Shown here in pieces: positions 47,875-50,909 of a stretch of DNA of 50,909 nucleotides (positions within the stretch are counted from its first letter, which is position 1; each line of letters begins with the position of its first letter). The stretch comes from Bacteroidales bacterium. GTDB lineage: Bacteria; Bacteroidota; Bacteroidia; Bacteroidales; UBA1715. The notes beneath the pieces were generated by a model. It made no database searches, was not told where the DNA came from, and saw only the letters and a list, made by a program, of their open reading frames with translations. Made by a program: the position numbers and the translations under genes. The stretch lies in contig JAEEQV010000001.1 of the NCBI GenBank assembly GCA_016285445.1, positions 1 through 50,909 of the forward strand, written 5' to 3'.

Positions 47875-47882
47875 TATCTTTG
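47875..47882 (+). promoter_or_regulatory. -7 box TATCTTTG upstream of the carB leader
   Basis: This is the only TAnnTTTG match between mrp and carB. It lies 166 nt upstream of the carB ATG and upstream of the terminator at 47986-48019. Confidence 0.4.
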
Positions 47883-47894
47883 CCGAAATAAAAA

Positions 47895-47981
47895 ATGAGA
47901 ATCACAATGACAACATTCTTAGACTGTAAAACGGGAGCAAATCCGATAAATAAAGCAGGAAAGATTGTTGTTTTTATTTAA
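47895..47981 (+). other. candidate 28-codon leader ORF (MRITMTTFLDCKTGANPINKAGKIVVFI)
   Basis: The ATG lies 13 nt after the -7 box in an A-rich context like real genes in this window, and the stop is 5 nt before the terminator stem. There is no other evidence for translation. Confidence 0.2.
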
Positions 47982-47985
47982 TAAG

Positions 47986-48019
47986 ATGCGTTAGTTTTTT
48001 TCACTAACGCATTTTTTTT
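47986..48019 (+). terminator. canonical intrinsic terminator 28 nt upstream of the carB ATG
   Basis: A 10-bp perfect stem, ATGCGTTAGT (47986-47995) with ACTAACGCAT (48003-48012), has a 7-nt loop and is followed by T7 (48013-48019). Confidence 0.8.
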
Positions 48020-48047
48020 ATTTAGGAAAGGTTAAAATAGTATAATT

Positions 48048-50909
48048 ATGAAAGATCTAAAAAAAGTTCTGTTGTTGGGGTCTGGTGCTTTGAAAATCGG
48101 ACAAGCAGGTGAATTCGACTATTCTGGTTCACAAGCGTTGAAGGCAATGCGTGAAGAAGGTATCTCCACGGTATTGATTAACCCGAATATCGCTACCATT
48201 CAGACTTCTGACGGTATTGCCGACAAAGTGTATTTCTTGCCGATTACTCCATATTTCGTGGAGGAAGTCATTAAAAAGGAAAAACCTGATGGAATCCTTT
48301 TGGCTTTCGGTGGACAAACTGCACTGAACTGCGGAACGCAATTATATCTTTCGGGCGTACTTGAAAAATATGGCGTAAAGGTTCTTGGAACTTCGGTTGA
48401 AGCCATTATGATTACCGAAGACCGCGACTTGTTCGTGAAGAAATTGAACGAAATTCAGGCAAAAACTCCTGCTTCACAAGCAGTTGAATCAATCGAGGAT
48501 GCATTAAAGGTTGCAAATCGTCTTGGTTTCCCAATCATGGTTCGTTCGGCATACGCTCTTGGCGGTCTTGGCTCGGGTATCTCAACCAATGAAAAAGAAT
48601 TTGTTGATTTGTGCGAAAATGCATTGGCATATTCAAAACAAATTCTTGTTGAAGAATCGCTTAAAGGTTGGAAAGAAATTGAATTCGAAGTTATCCGCGA
48701 TGCTAACGACCACTGTTTCACGGTTGTTCCTATGGAAAACGTCGATCCGCTTGGCATCCATACGGGTGAAAGTATCGTGATTTCGCCAATCATCACGTTG
48801 ACAAAGGAACAAATTGAATTGTTGCAAAAGATTGCCATTCAAGTTGTTCGTCACATTGGAATCGTGGGTGAATGTAACATTCAGTTTGCATTCAACGCAC
48901 AGACAAACGATTACAGAATTATTGAAATCAACGCTCGTTTGAGCCGTTCTTCGGCTTTGGCTTCAAAAGCGTCGGGTTATCCGTTGGCTTTCGTTGCAGC
49001 AAAATTGGCGTTGGGTTATACACTTGACCAAATCGGCGAAATGGGCACGCCAAACTCGGCTTACGTTCCGCCATCGGTTGACTACATCATTGCAAAAATA
49101 CCTCGTTGGGACTTGTCGAAATTCATCGGCGTTGACCGCGAAATTGGCTCTTCAATGAAATCGGTGGGCGAAATCATGTCTATCGGTAAGTCATTTGAGG
49201 AAATTATGCAGAAAGGTCTTCGTATGATTGGTCAAGGCATGCACGGATTCGTCGGCAACAACGATTTGGAATTCGATGACTTGGACAAGGAATTGACGCA
49301 TCCTACCGATATGAGAATTTTTGCTGTAGCAAAAGCTCTCGAAAACGGCTACACTCCTGAAAGAATCGAGGAACTGACGAAAATCGACGTGTATTTCATC
49401 AAATGTTTGAAAAACATTGTCGATTACACGAAAGTTCTTTCAAAATACAATAAAATTGAGGATTTGCCAGCCGACGTGCTTGCCGAAGCAAAACGTCTTG
49501 GTTTCTCCGACTTCCAAATTGCCCGTTATGTAGAAAATCCGATTGGCACAATGGAAAAAGAACAACTTCGCGTTCGCGACGTGCGTAAGAAATTCAACAT
49601 TCTTCCTGCTGTTCGCCGTATCAACACTGTTGCTTCGGAACATCCTGAGTTGACCAACTATTTGTATATGACCTACGGCGAAAAAGAACATAGCATCAAT
49701 TACGCATACAAAAACGACAAATCTATCGTCGTTCTTGGTTCTGGTGCATACAGAATCGGTTCTTCTGTAGAATTCGACTGGTGTTCGGTCAATGCAATTC
49801 AAACTGCACGCAAATTTGGCTACAAGTCAATAATGATAAACTACAACCCTGAAACGGTTTCAACTGACTACGATATGTGCGACCGCTTGTATTTCGACGA
49901 GTTGAGTTTTGAACGTGTACTCGACGTGATTGACCTTGAAATACCAAAAGGCGTGATTGTTTCGGTTGGTGGTCAGATTCCTAACAATTTGGCTATGAAA
50001 CTGTATCGCCAGAATGTGCCAATTTTGGGAACATCGCCAGTTTCAATCGACCGTGCGGAAAACCGTAACAAATTCTCTGCTATGCTCGACCAGCTTGGCA
50101 TTGACCAACCTCGTTGGGAAGCATTGACAAGCTACGATGAAATCGACAAGTTTATTGACGAAGTTGGTTTCCCTGTATTGATTCGTCCTTCGTACGTGCT
50201 TTCGGGTGCTGCAATGAACGTTTGTTACGACAAAGACCAGATGCACACGTTCTTGGGCGCTGCTGCAAAGGTTTCAAAGGAATATCCTGTTGTGGTTTCT
50301 AAATTCTTGCAAAACGCAAAAGAAATTGAATTCGACGCTGTTGCTAAGAATGGTGAAATTATTGAATATGGAATTTCCGAACATATTGAGTTCGCCGGCG
50401 TTCACTCTGGTGACGCTACATTGGTGTTCCCTGCACAAAATATCTACGTTGCAACTGCCCGCAGAATCAAACAAATCAGTCGCAAGATTGCGAAAGAATT
50501 GAACATCAGCGGTCCGTTCAACATTCAGTATTTGGCTAAGAACAACGATGTGAAAGTAATTGAATGTAACTTGCGTGCTTCGCGTTCGTTCCCGTTCGTT
50601 TCCAAAGTTTTGAAACGTAATTTCATTGAAACAGCAACAAAGATTATGTTGGGCGAAACGGTTGAAAAACCTGATTCGGCAGTATTCGATGTTGACCACG
50701 TGGGCGTTAAGGCATCACAGTTCTCATTTGCCCGTCTTCACAGAGCCGACCCGATTTTGGGCGTTGATATGTCTTCGACTGGTGAAGTTGGCTGTCTTGG
50801 AACAACGTTCGACGATGCATTGTTGTCGGCGTTGTATTCTGTAGGATTCCACAAACCAGAAAAAGGTGTGTTGGTTTCGTCGGGCGACGTGAAAGGCAAG
50901 GTTGATTTG
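48048..50909 (+). CDS. carB: carbamoyl-phosphate synthase large subunit, partial (runs off the window end)
   Basis: The frame is open from the ATG at 48048 to the window end (954 codons), so it is absent from the ORF track. My translation starts MKDLKKVLLLGSGALKIGQAGEFDYSGSQA, the canonical CarB N-terminus. A second ATP-grasp repeat begins near 49720. Confidence 0.95.
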   Translation, partial: MKDLKKVLLLGSGALKIGQAGEFDYSGSQALKAMREEGISTVLINPNIATIQTSDGIADKVYFLPITPYFVEEVIKKEKPDGILLAFGGQTALNCGTQLYLSGVLEKYGVKVLGTSVEAIMITEDRDLFVKKLNEIQAKTPASQAVESIEDALKVANRLGFPIMVRSAYALGGLGSGISTNEKEFVDLCENALAYSKQILVEESLKGWKEIEFEVIRDANDHCFTVVPMENVDPLGIHTGESIVISPIITLTKEQIELLQKIAIQVVRHIGIVGECNIQFAFNAQTNDYRIIEINARLSRSSALASKASGYPLAFVAAKLALGYTLDQIGEMGTPNSAYVPPSVDYIIAKIPRWDLSKFIGVDREIGSSMKSVGEIMSIGKSFEEIMQKGLRMIGQGMHGFVGNNDLEFDDLDKELTHPTDMRIFAVAKALENGYTPERIEELTKIDVYFIKCLKNIVDYTKVLSKYNKIEDLPADVLAEAKRLGFSDFQIARYVENPIGTMEKEQLRVRDVRKKFNILPAVRRINTVASEHPELTNYLYMTYGEKEHSINYAYKNDKSIVVLGSGAYRIGSSVEFDWCSVNAIQTARKFGYKSIMINYNPETVSTDYDMCDRLYFDELSFERVLDVIDLEIPKGVIVSVGGQIPNNLAMKLYRQNVPILGTSPVSIDRAENRNKFSAMLDQLGIDQPRWEALTSYDEIDKFIDEVGFPVLIRPSYVLSGAAMNVCYDKDQMHTFLGAAAKVSKEYPVVVSKFLQNAKEIEFDAVAKNGEIIEYGISEHIEFAGVHSGDATLVFPAQNIYVATARRIKQISRKIAKELNISGPFNIQYLAKNNDVKVIECNLRASRSFPFVSKVLKRNFIETATKIMLGETVEKPDSAVFDVDHVGVKASQFSFARLHRADPILGVDMSSTGEVGCLGTTFDDALLSALYSVGFHKPEKGVLVSSGDVKGKVDL

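Noticed and set aside
1-50909. Scan for CRISPR arrays, rRNA or tRNA genes, transposases, integrases and prophage genes
   Set aside because: I saw no direct-repeat and spacer arrays and no canonical tRNA T-arm/D-arm combinations with proper stems. No ORF has transposase, integrase or phage hallmark motifs. The scan was by eye only.

Overview
This window looks like a core chromosomal segment of a Bacteroidota (Bacteroidales-like) genome. The evidence is a type III glutamine synthetase, a T9SS C-terminal sorting domain, GldA-like and AsmA-like genes, and a TAnnTTTG -7 box 13-55 nt upstream of many start codons. Shine-Dalgarno sequences are not obvious. I support 42 protein-coding genes, almost all housekeeping:
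- Nitrogen assimilation: gltD (partial), gltB, glnN.
- Pyrimidine and nucleotide metabolism: dut, pyrE, pyrF, carB (partial), rdgB, purU.
- Envelope: two lgt copies, lpxK, sppA, an MltD-like transglycosylase, an AsmA-like protein.
- tRNA, rRNA and translation: mnmG, ybeY, tsaC, prmC.
- Cofactors and transport: ribD, mrp, and a BtuFCD/FecBCD-type ABC importer.

I saw no rRNA, tRNA, CRISPR array, transposase or integrase.

Observations worth a second look:
1. A 292-bp highly structured element at 23377-23668, with 12-bp terminal inverted repeats and a flanking 5-bp direct repeat (AACTG). It is either a MITE or a structured RNA.
2. Two tandem secreted DUF1566/FISUMP-like paralogs, near-identical in promoter and 5' two-thirds, with divergent C-terminal parts.
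3. Tandem lgt paralogs. The upstream copy has a roughly 64-aa insertion and Asn in place of the conserved Arg before HPTQIYE.
4. A promoter, 28-codon ORF and intrinsic terminator directly upstream of carB, which may be a leader/attenuator or an sRNA.
5. A 28-30 nt perfect palindrome present twice in the window, 32 kb apart.
6. A zeta-toxin-like P-loop kinase with its own promoter and no visible antitoxin, coupled to an ATP-grasp protein.

All family assignments come from motif recognition by eye. No database search was run.
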